Shown: piece after piece, positions 8,778 to 18,079 of the stretch
Layout of the letters: each line of letters opens with the position of its first letter
How positions within the stretch are numbered: position 1 is the stretch's first letter
Source of the DNA: Chloroflexota bacterium
GTDB lineage: Bacteria > Chloroflexota > Dehalococcoidia > Lucifugimonadales > UBA3495
NCBI GenBank assembly: GCA_027623675.1
Contig: JAQBVF010000013.1
Location: 1 to 64,000 of the forward strand
Direction of reading: 5' to 3'
DNA: 64,000 bases
Notes under the pieces: generated by a model
Database searches by the model: none
What the model saw: only the letters and a program-made list of their open reading frames with translations
Told to the model about the DNA's origin: nothing
Translations under genes and position numbers: made by a program

Positions 8778-10030
8778 TCTCCCACCGGATGCAACTCACC
8801 AACCGGCAGCCGGTCGATGTAGGCGACGCCGCCCTTCATCACCAGTTTGATGCGGTCCTTGGCCCGGAGCACGCTGATGTCCTTGAGGGGGTCGCCGTCC
8901 ACCACCAGGAAGTCGGCGTATCTGCCGGCCTGCACCGTCCCGAAGTTCTTGTCCTGGCCGACGCACTCCGCGGCCCAGCCGGTGGCGCTTTGTATGGCCT
9001 GCATGTTGGTCAGGCCCTTCTCGACCATCAACTCGATCTCCCTCGCGTTGTCGGCGTGGACGAAACCTCCGGCGTCGGTGCCCGATACCACCTTGACCCC
9101 GGCGCTGAGGGCTAGCTGGGTGCTCTCTTGATGGACCTGCATCAACTCTTTGGCCCGCGCCTGCACGTGGGGGGCGCTGATGGTGGAATGAAACTCGTAA
9201 ACCTCGAAGGTAGGCGTAAAGAAGGTGTTCTTGTCGGCCATCATCTTTAGCAGGTCCGGGTCTTCAGCCAGGTAGCAGCCGTGCTCGACCGAGCCGATGC
9301 CGGCCTCGATGCACATGCGCAGCCCGGGGCCGCCCACGGCATGGCACATGGTCAGTTTCTCTTGGGACCGGGCCTCCTCTACCAGGGCCTTCACCTCGTC
9401 GGGTCCGAAGGCGATGTCCTTGGGGCCGTGACCCTGGCGTGAGCTGGCCCCGCCGGTGGTGGCGAACTTGATGACATCGGCGCCGACGCGCACCAATTCG
9501 CGGACGATGGCCCGGACGGCGTCCGGCCCGTTGGCGACTCCCGATGGGTGCATGGGGTCGTCGGCGAAGGCGGTGCGGTGACCGGAAGGGGCGACTCGGT
9601 CTCCGATGCCGCCGGTGGGCGAGACGATGCTGACCGATGTGAGCAGCCTGGGGCCGTTGATCAGGCCCTGCTCCACGGCGTACTTGAATCCGGCGTCCAG
9701 CCCTCCGGCATCGCGGATGCAGGTGTAACCGGCGGCCAGAGAGTCTTCGATGACTTTGGCGGTCTTGAGGTGGTTCAGCGAGGCCGGGTCCTCCAGTTCC
9801 CACCGGCTGGCCAGGCTGTAGGTCTTGTGGGCCAGGTGGTCATGGGTGTCGATCAGACCGGGCAACAGGGTGAAGCCTCTCAGGTCGATCTCTTCCGTGC
9901 CTGGAGGCAGCGCAACGGCAGCCCTGGGGCCTACCTCTTTGACGCGCTCTCCGTCGATCAAAATAGCCGAATCTTGCAATACGGGACCGCCGGTGCCGTC
10001 GATCAGGTTGGCGCCAAGTAACGCTTTCAT
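8774..10030 (-). CDS. metal-dependent amidohydrolase (Xaa-Pro dipeptidase-like)
   Basis: PGLIDTHDH, IKFATTGG, CHAVG, VEHG, GTDAG. Confidence 0.92.
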   Translation of the reverse strand: MKALLGANLIDGTGGPVLQDSAILIDGERVKEVGPRAAVALPPGTEEIDLRGFTLLPGLIDTHDHLAHKTYSLASRWELEDPASLNHLKTAKVIEDSLAAGYTCIRDAGGLDAGFKYAVEQGLINGPRLLTSVSIVSPTGGIGDRVAPSGHRTAFADDPMHPSGVANGPDAVRAIVRELVRVGADVIKFATTGGASSRQGHGPKDIAFGPDEVKALVEEARSQEKLTMCHAVGGPGLRMCIEAGIGSVEHGCYLAEDPDLLKMMADKNTFFTPTFEVYEFHSTISAPHVQARAKELMQVHQESTQLALSAGVKVVSGTDAGGFVHADNAREIELMVEKGLTNMQAIQSATGWAAECVGQDKNFGTVQAGRYADFLVVDGDPLKDISVLRAKDRIKLVMKGGVAYIDRLPVGELHPVGD

Positions 10031-10100
10031 GGCCTACCTCATTTGTCTTTAAGTGAGCTTCGTTTCAAATAACTACGGTTGCAAGCCGTAACTTGGGCAG

Positions 10101-10129
10101 ATGCTAGTTAAGGCTTGTGCTCGTGTCAA
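10101..10129 (-). promoter_or_regulatory. sigma70-type promoter of the amidohydrolase
   Basis: Minus strand TTGACA-N17-TAGCAT. Confidence 0.6.
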
Positions 10130-10271
10130 GACGCCGGTACGCGCCCACGCTACCGGGCAGCCGCGTGGTTTTCGCCCAATCCGGCACCTTGGGCACGGCC
10201 AACCCGTCGGCCGGTTTGGCTATAATCACTGACGTGCGTGGCAGACAGGTTATCTGTTCGCCAGCTAAATC

Positions 10272-11336
10272 GTGTTTGAGGATGCCGGGTTGCGCGGGAT
10301 GGGCGGACAGAAACATAACGCATGGCCAGTAACCACCAGGTTTCTCCCCTTGGCGTTAATCGTTCTGATGGGGTTTGCGGTTGCTTGCGGATCGCCAGGC
10401 GGCGATGAGATCACGTTCGTATCAGAGCTGGACGGCGACGCAGAGATCTACGTGATCGACCCTGATTCGGGCGGAGCCAGGCCGTTAACCGACAACCGCA
10501 GCCGCGATTTCGACCCTGTGTGGTCGCCCGACAGCCGTCAGGTGGCCTTTGTTTCCGACGAGGCTGGCGACCTGGAGATCAACGTCGTGGACCGGAAGGG
10601 CGAGTTGATCAACCGGTTGACCCACATCCCCGGAGATGACGAGTCGCCGCGATGGTCGCCCAACGGCCGCACCCTGGCGTTCGTGTCCCACCAGGACCTG
10701 AATGCGGAGATATATCTGCTCGACATCGGAGGCGGCCAGCCCACCCGCATCACCGCCAAAACGGCGGACGACAGCATGGGCGATTGGTCCCCCGACGGCG
10801 AATGGCTGGCTTTCGTCCGCCAGGGTTCACCCGAGGAACGAGGCATCTGGCTGCGCAATCCGGACGGCGTGAACCTGGTCCATCTGACCAGGGAGATAGA
10901 CTCGGCCCCCGCTTGGTCGCCCAAAGGCGACCAGATCGCGTTCGTGCGAAGTACCGGCGGCAACGCGGATATCTACCTGGTCAGCCGCCTGAAAGGGGCC
11001 ACCTGGCAGGACGACGTCGAAATGACCCGCCTGACCCAACACGACGCCGATGACATCTCCCCGGCCTGGTCTCCGGATGGCCGCACGATAGTTTTCGTGT
11101 CTTTCCGCGACGGCAACGGCGAGGTTTACATAATGAAGGACGACGGTTCCAAGCAGCTTCGTTTGACCACCAATGAGGCCGACGATCTGGCGCCGGTCTG
11201 GTCGCCTAAAGGTGACCGCATGGCATTCGTCTCCCACCTCTACGGACCGGGTGAGATATTTATCATGGACAAAGACGGCAGCAACCAACGCCGCTTGACC
11301 ACCAACGACGCCGAGGACTACTCGCCAGACTGGTAG
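10272..11336 (+). CDS. TolB-like beta-propeller lipoprotein (PD40 repeats); start uncertain
   Basis: Lipobox FAVAC and repeated PxWSPDG..IAFVS..G..EIY..D. Confidence 0.88.
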   Translation: MFEDAGLRGMGGQKHNAWPVTTRFLPLALIVLMGFAVACGSPGGDEITFVSELDGDAEIYVIDPDSGGARPLTDNRSRDFDPVWSPDSRQVAFVSDEAGDLEINVVDRKGELINRLTHIPGDDESPRWSPNGRTLAFVSHQDLNAEIYLLDIGGGQPTRITAKTADDSMGDWSPDGEWLAFVRQGSPEERGIWLRNPDGVNLVHLTREIDSAPAWSPKGDQIAFVRSTGGNADIYLVSRLKGATWQDDVEMTRLTQHDADDISPAWSPDGRTIVFVSFRDGNGEVYIMKDDGSKQLRLTTNEADDLAPVWSPKGDRMAFVSHLYGPGEIFIMDKDGSNQRRLTTNDAEDYSPDW

Positions 11337-11469
11337 CCGGAAGTGATTTTCGGCCGGCTTCCGGTGAATTTTTGCTCATCTTTCTCCGGCGTGCCACAGC
11401 TGCTACACTCACGCTATCGGCATCACGAGACCGGGTGATAGGTTCCGGGAGAACGGGCGGAAGGATAAC

Positions 11470-12054
11470 TTGGAATACGCCGACATCGCCCCGATGATGG
11501 GAAGGCTCTGGTCACCCCTGGCCGCGGTTACCAGCCGCTGGCAGGGCCGGGACAATGTTCAGATCGCGGTGGCCATCGCCGCGGCGTCCATCGTTCCCGA
11601 CCAACCCAGGGTGTCGGTCCAACTGTACAAGACCAACCTGAGCCACGACATGGTCTTCGCCAGCGGTGCGTTCGCACTGAACTTCCTCAGGCCGGACCAG
11701 GTGGACCTGATCGGCGATTTTGGGTTGGTTTCAGGCCGAGACCACGATAAATTGGCCGGCGTTGAACGGTCCGAGGGGATATTTGGCAGCTCGCTCCTAA
11801 CCCAATGCTACGGATACCTAGACTGCCGGGTGATAAACGCCATGGACGGCGGCGACATGACCTGCTTCCTGGCCGAGGTACTGGACGGCGAAACCCTGGC
11901 GGAGGGGGAGCCGCTGTGGTGGCGGGATGCCCGCCGGCAACTGTCTCCGGAAGTAACGGCCCGCTGGGAGGCCAAACAATCGTCCGAGATCAAGACTTCC
12001 CGCGCCACCATGAACAGCATCACATACCAACCCTGGCAGCCAAAACCTGAATAG
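11470..12054 (+). CDS. flavin reductase-like protein
   Basis: SGAFALNFL..FGLVSGRDHDK, LDCRVI..GGD.T.FLAEV; TTG start after AAGGA. Confidence 0.85.
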   Translation: MEYADIAPMMGRLWSPLAAVTSRWQGRDNVQIAVAIAAASIVPDQPRVSVQLYKTNLSHDMVFASGAFALNFLRPDQVDLIGDFGLVSGRDHDKLAGVERSEGIFGSSLLTQCYGYLDCRVINAMDGGDMTCFLAEVLDGETLAEGEPLWWRDARRQLSPEVTARWEAKQSSEIKTSRATMNSITYQPWQPKPE

Positions 12055-12145
12055 CCTTGATCGAAAGTCAAAAGTTCCGTCCCCTTTTGGTTTAGCCCGA
12101 GATAGGGGCGGCGCACGTTCGCCATCCGAACACCGATATGACAAT

Positions 12146-13282
12146 ATGGAAAACATGCGCGACCACATAGAAAAGATCCACGCCACGCCCCACAAGGCGG
12201 TGCTGGCGGTGTCGGGCGCCGGTACTCAGGCGGTGGCCTGGCTGCTGGGCGTGGCCGGCGCCTCTCGGACCATCTTGGAGGCCCTGGTGCCCTATGGCCG
12301 CCGGTCCATGATCGCCTTCTTGGGCTTTGAGCCGGAACAGTCGGCATCGGCCCAAACCGCCAAGGACATGGCCCGCGCCGCATTCCGAAAGGCCAAGTCG
12401 CAATTGGAAGACGACTCGCCTCCCGTTGGTCTGGCCTGCGCCGCAACCATCGCCACCGACCGGCCCAAACGCGGCGAGCACCGGGCCTTCGTCTCAGCCT
12501 GGGACCAACACTCCAACATACTGTACTCACTGCAGCTCCACAAAGGACTTAGAGACCGGGCCGGAGAGGAAGAACTGGTCAGCCGCCTCTTGGTCCACTC
12601 CCTGATGCAGTTATCCGGCCTGGAATCCGGCGTTGAGCTCGGACTAACGCCCGGTGACAGCCTTGAGATTGAACGGATGGAGCACGGTTCGCCATTGGCC
12701 CAACTGTTGTCCGGCGAAGCGGCGTGGGTCGTGGCACGGGGAGGTAACCTTGGTCCAGAAGGGACGGCTCCGGACGCTCTGCTGCCCGGCTCGTTCAGTC
12801 CGGTCCATCAGGGACACCGTGGGATGGCGGCGGCGGGGAAGCTGCTCCTCGACAAGGAAGTCGGATACGAACTATCGGTGACCAACGTGGACAAGCCGGC
12901 CCTGGAAGAATCAGAGATCCTGAAAAGGCTGGCCCAGTTCGGGGCGGAGGAGACCGTGGTCCTGACAAGCGCCGAGACTTTCTTCAAAAAGGCGCGGCTC
13001 TTTCCGGGACGGACTTTCATCGTGGGCTGGGACACGGCCATCAGACTGGTGGCTCCCCGCTATTACGGCGATGACCGGACCCAGATGATGATTGCCTTGG
13101 CCGAGATGCTGGCCAGCGGCACCAGGTTCTTGGTGGCTGGCCGGGAAGACCAGGGCATCTTCAAGACGTTACGCGACGTACCGGTGCCTGAGGGATTCGA
13201 GGCGTTATTCATGGCCCTTTCCGAGGATCGTTTCCGTGAAGATGTCTCTTCGACCCAACTGCGGGCCGAGCAAAAAGACTGA
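12146..13282 (+). CDS. CinA/PncC-like domain fused to an HxGH nucleotidyltransferase (NMN/NaMN adenylyltransferase-like)
   Basis: N-terminal GASRTILE..PY and TAKDMARAA (CinA-C-like). C-terminal PGSFSPVHQGH, VGWDT and VSSTQLR. Confidence 0.7.
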   Translation: MENMRDHIEKIHATPHKAVLAVSGAGTQAVAWLLGVAGASRTILEALVPYGRRSMIAFLGFEPEQSASAQTAKDMARAAFRKAKSQLEDDSPPVGLACAATIATDRPKRGEHRAFVSAWDQHSNILYSLQLHKGLRDRAGEEELVSRLLVHSLMQLSGLESGVELGLTPGDSLEIERMEHGSPLAQLLSGEAAWVVARGGNLGPEGTAPDALLPGSFSPVHQGHRGMAAAGKLLLDKEVGYELSVTNVDKPALEESEILKRLAQFGAEETVVLTSAETFFKKARLFPGRTFIVGWDTAIRLVAPRYYGDDRTQMMIALAEMLASGTRFLVAGREDQGIFKTLRDVPVPEGFEALFMALSEDRFREDVSSTQLRAEQKD

Positions 13283-13356
13283 CCGGTGATTGATTGAGGG
13301 TATGATAGAGGGCATGTATGAGGACCGATATCCAGGTTGTGAAGCGTCGAATTTCG

Positions 13357-13386
13357 TTGACACCATTCGATGGCCGATGATATATT
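13357..13386 (+). promoter_or_regulatory. candidate promoter of the nuo operon
   Basis: TTGACA-N18-TATATT with TG extension. Confidence 0.5.
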
Positions 13387-13538
13387 CCGGGCGCGAAACG
13401 AGCCCATTTCTTTGATCCTACCCGAATCTGACCCGCGCCCCGGAAACCTGGCAGCGGTCTGTTTTTTCTCCTCTCGCTGGGAAGACCATTCAGGCGCCTA
13501 ACCATGGCCTGTTCACCAAACGATAATGCCAAACGAAA

Positions 13539-13940
13539 ATGATCGATACATTTAGCGCCGAACTTTTCACCGAAGCCTGGACGGCCGTGGCCCTGTCCGC
13601 GGTGGTGGCCGTGATGGCCATCGGAGGCATGTTTGCCGCCTCCCGCATCCTTTCAGCGCGCCGGCAGTCCGCCGAGAAGTTGACCACCTACGAGTGCGGC
13701 ATACCGCCGACGCCCTACGCCTGGTCCAACATCAACGTTCGGTTCTACATCTTCGCAATCCTGTTCTTAATCTTCGACGTTGAAGCGGTGTTTCTCTTTC
13801 CCTGGGCGGTGATCTTCATGCAGGAAAAGATAAACGAAGCCAACGTCCTACCCTTCTATGCCATGATGATGTTCTTGGGAGTGCTGTTCTTCGCCATCGT
13901 GTACGCCTGGAAGAAAGGGGTGCTTGAATGGCAGAGATAA
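13539..13940 (+). CDS. nuoA: NADH-quinone oxidoreductase subunit A
   Basis: [40 protein letters not shown]. Confidence 0.96.
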   Translation: MIDTFSAELFTEAWTAVALSAVVAVMAIGGMFAASRILSARRQSAEKLTTYECGIPPTPYAWSNINVRFYIFAILFLIFDVEAVFLFPWAVIFMQEKINEANVLPFYAMMMFLGVLFFAIVYAWKKGVLEWQR

Positions 13941-14503
13941 TCGTCGGGCCTGGAGCCGGTGGACCCAACCCCGGCGGACCCAACCCAGATGGACCTGTCG
14001 GGCAGGGCAACACGCCGGGGCTCAGCCTTTTCGACCAGACGATGAGCGGCAAGGTGCCCGGTGTCATCACCACCTCCACCAGCCAACTGTTCGCCATGGC
14101 CCGCAAGTCCTCGCTTTGGACCCTTTCCTTCGGCCTGGCCTGCTGCGCCATCGAGATGATTTCGACCTATATGGCCCATTACGACTTCGACCGCTTCGGC
14201 GTGGTGACCTGGCCGTCGCCCCGGCAGTCGGACGTGATGATTGTGGCAGGCACGGTGGTCAAGAAGATGGCCGACCCCATCCGGCTCCTGTACGAGCAGA
14301 TGCCCGAGCCCAAGTGGGTTATAGCCATGGGAAGTTGCGCGACCAACGGCGGGCCCTACTACCGGTCCTATTCGGTGGTCATGGGCGTCGACCACATAAT
14401 TCCCGTGGATGTTTATGTGCCGGGCTGTCCACCGCGCCCCGAGGCGCTGCTGTTTGGGATTCTCAAGCTCCAAGAAAAGATTATGCGGGACGCCGCGAAA
14501 TAG
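13928..14503 (+). CDS. nuoB: NADH-quinone oxidoreductase subunit B
   Basis: [33 protein letters not shown]. Confidence 0.97.
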   Translation: MAEIIVGPGAGGPNPGGPNPDGPVGQGNTPGLSLFDQTMSGKVPGVITTSTSQLFAMARKSSLWTLSFGLACCAIEMISTYMAHYDFDRFGVVTWPSPRQSDVMIVAGTVVKKMADPIRLLYEQMPEPKWVIAMGSCATNGGPYYRSYSVVMGVDHIIPVDVYVPGCPPRPEALLFGILKLQEKIMRDAAK

Positions 14504-15078
14504 TGGCTGAGCTAGAAGGAAATCCCGAATCTGTCGAACCCGCGCCGGAGTCCGTTGCCGAGTCCGCTCCGGCGATGGTCGAAGAAGAACCGGTCATTGA
14601 CCCCCTCGCCGCGTTGGCCCAGCCCCAGCGAGAGTTGCTGGACGCCGCTCTCGATGCCCTACGCGAACTTGATCCGGAGCCGGGGGTATTGGACGGCCTC
14701 CCCCAAGTTAGCGTCGATAAGAAATACACGCTGCAAGCCTGCCGGTTGATCAAAGACGACCCCCGCCTGTCGGCCAAGATGCTGCTTTGTCTGGCCTGCG
14801 TCGACTACTCGGAGTATTTCGAGTTGGTCTACATGCTGCACTCATTGGAGCCGGAACAGACCCTGGTCCTGCGCACCAACGTCCCATACGACGACGCCGT
14901 GGCGCCGTCGGTGACCTCGGTGTGGCGGGCTGCCGATTGGTACGAGCGTGAGGCCCACGACCTGTTCGGCGTGGATTTTGAGGGTCATCCTGACCTAGCG
15001 CCTCTTCTCCTATATGATGGGTTTGAGGGGTTCCCAGGCCGCAAGGAATTCCCGTTCAACGAATACCAGGAGTTTTAG
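14503..15078 (+). CDS. nuoC: NADH-quinone oxidoreductase subunit C (acidic N-terminal extension)
   Basis: GTG overlaps the nuoB TAG. ADWYEREAHDLFGVDFEGHPDL..GFPGRKEF. Confidence 0.93.
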   Translation: MAELEGNPESVEPAPESVAESAPAMVEEEPVIDPLAALAQPQRELLDAALDALRELDPEPGVLDGLPQVSVDKKYTLQACRLIKDDPRLSAKMLLCLACVDYSEYFELVYMLHSLEPEQTLVLRTNVPYDDAVAPSVTSVWRAADWYEREAHDLFGVDFEGHPDLAPLLLYDGFEGFPGRKEFPFNEYQEF

Positions 15079-15084
15079 ACGCAT

Positions 15085-15372
15085 ATGGAGACGGTGGTTC
15101 TAACGGCCAAGATAGACCGGGCCGGGGCGGAAGACGACGCCCGTTTCGTGGTCCGGATCGATGATCTGGGACTGGAGGGCGAAGGGGATTCCCTGGAGGC
15201 CGCCCAGGACGAACTCATCCAGATCACGCGTGCTTGGATCGAGAGCCACGACGGCACCGACACCCTGAGCGTGGTCCTTTCTGATGCTGGGTATGGCGGG
15301 GTCGATGAGGATACGGAACTCCAATTGGAGTTTGTCGAGGCGGAACCAGACCCGGCGTTAGACGGTGAATAA
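15085..15372 (+). CDS. small acidic HicB-like (UPF0150-type) protein 1
   Basis: FVVRIDDLGLEGEGDSLEAAQDEL..WIE..TL..LSDAGY; tightly spaced within the operon. Confidence 0.65.
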   Translation: METVVLTAKIDRAGAEDDARFVVRIDDLGLEGEGDSLEAAQDELIQITRAWIESHDGTDTLSVVLSDAGYGGVDEDTELQLEFVEAEPDPALDGE

Positions 15373-15374
15373 CA

Positions 15375-15713
15375 GTGGCGAAGAAGCGGGATGCCGGACA
15401 AGAACCGGGCGCGGACGCGGACCTGCCCTTCAACCGCATCGTCTACCAGATCGAGGAAACGAAGGTTGGTTCGGGCTACGAGGCGGTTTGTCCCGAACTG
15501 GTGATCACCGGGTTCGGCGACACCGCTGAAGAAGCTAAGAGCGCCCTGCGCCGCCAAGTGGCGGAATACCTGGAAGACTGCGAGAAGATGGAGGCACTGG
15601 ACGAGACCCTGATCGAGGCCGGGTTCTACTTCAACGGAGAGGTTTGGATGAGCAACGAGGTTGAGCCCGCGCAAGAACCCAAGATCCGGTTTATCGGTCG
15701 TCCGCCGGAATGA
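15375..15713 (+). CDS. small acidic HicB-like (UPF0150-type) protein 2
   Basis: YEAVCPELVITGFGDTAEEAKSAL..EYLE..LDETLIEAGF. Confidence 0.7.
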   Translation: MAKKRDAGQEPGADADLPFNRIVYQIEETKVGSGYEAVCPELVITGFGDTAEEAKSALRRQVAEYLEDCEKMEALDETLIEAGFYFNGEVWMSNEVEPAQEPKIRFIGRPPE

Positions 15714-15714
15714 A

Positions 15715-16869
15715 ATGACCCAGGTCCCTGAAAATAAACTAGCTATAAACCCTCAGGCCGGAAACCCGCAGGGCGAACCGGTTGAGATGCTGCTGAACAT
15801 GGGTCCGCAGCACCCCTCGACCCATGGCGTATTCCGCATGGTGCTGTGGGTGGACGGTGAAAGGGTGGTGGACGTCGAGCCCCACATCGGCTACCTGCAC
15901 CGGGGTTCCGAGAAGTTGTGCGAGGGCGAGCAATATCATCAGGTCATCACATTGTTCGACCGCCTGGACTACATCGCCAACTTCAACAATGAAGATGTTT
16001 ACTGCCGTTCTGTAGAGAAGCTGATGGGCCTGGCAATCTCCGAGCGCTCGGAATACATCCGGGTGATTCTCTGCGAACTGAACCGGATCGCCAGCCACAT
16101 GCTGTTCATCGCCACCATGGGGCTGGACGCCGGCGCGATGACGCCATCCATGTTCTGCTTCCGGGGGCGGGAACGCATCCAAGCGCTGTTCGAGTCGGTC
16201 TCCGGCGCGCGCATGATGCACAACTACTTCCGCATCGGCGGCCTCAAAGAAGACGTGACCGACGACTTTGTGCCCCAGGTCCGGGAACTGTTGGAACTGG
16301 TCAAAGCGGATACGGAAGAGTCGGACAAGCTGCTCAGTTTCAACGAGATATTCCTGGCCCGCCTGAAAAACATCGCCGTGATCTCCGCCGAGGATGCCAT
16401 CGACTACGGCCTCACCGGGCCGTGCCTTCGGGCCTCCGGCGTGGACTATGATGTGCGTAAAGCGGCCCCCTACTCGGTCTACGACCGCTTCCAGTTCAAC
16501 GTGCCAGTCGGCCTGGACGGCGACTGCTGGGACCGGTATTACCTGAGGGTCCAAGAGATCTACGAATCGATCAGCATCGTCGAACAGGCGTTGGACCAAC
16601 TGCCGAAGGGCGATGTTACTTCGTCCCTAGGGCGCCGTTTGATCCGGCCCCCCAAGGGCGAGGTCTACGTGCGGGCGGAGAACCCCCGGGGTGAGATCGG
16701 GGTCTACCTGGTCAGCGACGGCACGGACCGGCCGTACCGGGTCAAGGTCCGGCCGCCATCGTTCTGCAACCTGTCGGCATTGAGACTCATGCTGAAGGAT
16801 TGTTGGATCGCCGACTGCGTGGTGATTCTAGGGGCTTTGGACATAGTTCTGGGTGAGGTGGACCGCTGA
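15715..16869 (+). CDS. nuoD: NADH-quinone oxidoreductase subunit D
   Basis: LNMGPQHPSTHGVFR, GYLHRG.EK, DRLDY, ENPRGE, DIVLGEVDR; no NiFe cysteine motifs. Confidence 0.97.
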   Translation: MTQVPENKLAINPQAGNPQGEPVEMLLNMGPQHPSTHGVFRMVLWVDGERVVDVEPHIGYLHRGSEKLCEGEQYHQVITLFDRLDYIANFNNEDVYCRSVEKLMGLAISERSEYIRVILCELNRIASHMLFIATMGLDAGAMTPSMFCFRGRERIQALFESVSGARMMHNYFRIGGLKEDVTDDFVPQVRELLELVKADTEESDKLLSFNEIFLARLKNIAVISAEDAIDYGLTGPCLRASGVDYDVRKAAPYSVYDRFQFNVPVGLDGDCWDRYYLRVQEIYESISIVEQALDQLPKGDVTSSLGRRLIRPPKGEVYVRAENPRGEIGVYLVSDGTDRPYRVKVRPPSFCNLSALRLMLKDCWIADCVVILGALDIVLGEVDR

Positions 16870-16914
16870 TGCCGCGAGCGATTATCTCGATAAGACTGGG
16901 TGAGGTGGACCGCT
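16849..16914 (+). repeat. 19-bp direct repeat duplicating the nuoD 3' end
   Basis: CTGGGTGAGGTGGACCGCT at 16849-16867 and 16896-16914. Confidence 0.9.
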
Positions 16915-16915
16915 A

Positions 16916-18079
16916 GTGTTCGACGCTGTTCTCTTAGCCATCAGCCTGAGCAGCTTCATCTGGATCATTGTCGCTCTGCTCATCATGTTCACGGCGTTGG
17001 CGGTTGTCACGCTGTCGCTGACGCTGCTGGAGCGCAAGGTCTTAGCCCGGCTACAGCGGCGCCTGGGGCCCACGCGCACCGGCCCCATGGGAGTGATGCA
17101 GCCGGTGGCCGACGCCCTGAAGCTGATCCTTAAAGAAGACATCATCCCGGCCTCGTCAGACAAGGCGATCTTCTGGGTCGCGCCGATCATAGTTGTGGTG
17201 TCGGCCTTCATGATCTGGGTGACCATCCCCGGCACGCAGAACGCAGTGATACAGAACCTGGACCTGGGCCTTTTCTACATCATCGCCTTCTCGGTGGTGG
17301 GTATCCTAGGACTGGTCCTGGCGGGCTGGGGTTCGGCCAACAAATACGGCACCCTGGGCGGACTTCGTGCGGCGGCCCAGCTCATCAGCTACGAGATACC
17401 CATCATCATGGTGGCGATCTCGGTGGCGATGCTGGCGCAGTCGCTGGATCTTCGGGAGATAGTCAACGGGCAAGACCAGTACATCTACATGCTGGTGCAG
17501 CCGCTGGGGCTGGTCCTGTTCTTCACCGCCGGTCTGGCCGAGGTGGGCCGCACTCCATTCGACATCTATTTCGCCGAGTCGGAGATCGTCGGCGGGCCCT
17601 TCGTGGAATACAGCGGCGCCCATTGGTCAGTATTCTTCTTGGCCGAATACATCAACACCTTCGCGATCGCCGCCCTCACCGTGATCCTGTTCTTCGGCGG
17701 CTGGTCCGGGCCCGGACTGTCCGGCGACTGGGGAATCATCTGGTTCCTGTTCAAGGTGTATCTGGTGATCATGGTCATCTTCTGGATACGGGGCACCTTC
17801 CCCAGACTGCGGATCGACCAGTTGATGTCCTTTGCCTGGAAGGTGATGATACCCATGTCCTTCCTATCTTTGGTCATAACCGCCGTTTACCAATTCTACG
17901 AATGGCCGGCCTGGTCCCTGACGGCCATGTCTTCGGCCGGGCTGTTGGTGGCCGGCGCGGTGATTTACAGGCAGATGAACGCCCCGTCCAATCTGGTGGC
18001 CGACGTCCGCGCCAGGCGGAAAGCATTGGAAGCCCGGCGAAGCGCCGCCGCTCAAGCCACGGGAGGCACGAATGTTTAA
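16916..18079 (+). CDS. nuoH: NADH-quinone oxidoreductase subunit H
   Basis: ERKVLARLQRRLGP, QPVADALKL..KED, AQLISYE, RTPFD..AESE, PRLRIDQ. Confidence 0.97.
   Translation: MFDAVLLAISLSSFIWIIVALLIMFTALAVVTLSLTLLERKVLARLQRRLGPTRTGPMGVMQPVADALKLILKEDIIPASSDKAIFWVAPIIVVVSAFMIWVTIPGTQNAVIQNLDLGLFYIIAFSVVGILGLVLAGWGSANKYGTLGGLRAAAQLISYEIPIIMVAISVAMLAQSLDLREIVNGQDQYIYMLVQPLGLVLFFTAGLAEVGRTPFDIYFAESEIVGGPFVEYSGAHWSVFFLAEYINTFAIAALTVILFFGGWSGPGLSGDWGIIWFLFKVYLVIMVIFWIRGTFPRLRIDQLMSFAWKVMIPMSFLSLVITAVYQFYEWPAWSLTAMSSAGLLVAGAVIYRQMNAPSNLVADVRARRKALEARRSAAAQATGGTNV

Noticed and set aside
13924..14502. Long N-terminal extension of nuoC in the ORF track
   Set aside because: It overlaps nuoB in another frame. 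The real start is most likely the GTG at 14503, coupled to the nuoB stop.
13928..16869. Group 4 NiFe hydrogenase interpretation of the nuo cluster
   Set aside because: The large subunit lacks both CxxC NiFe motifs, ends in GEVDR, and nuoA/J/K/L/M/N are all present.
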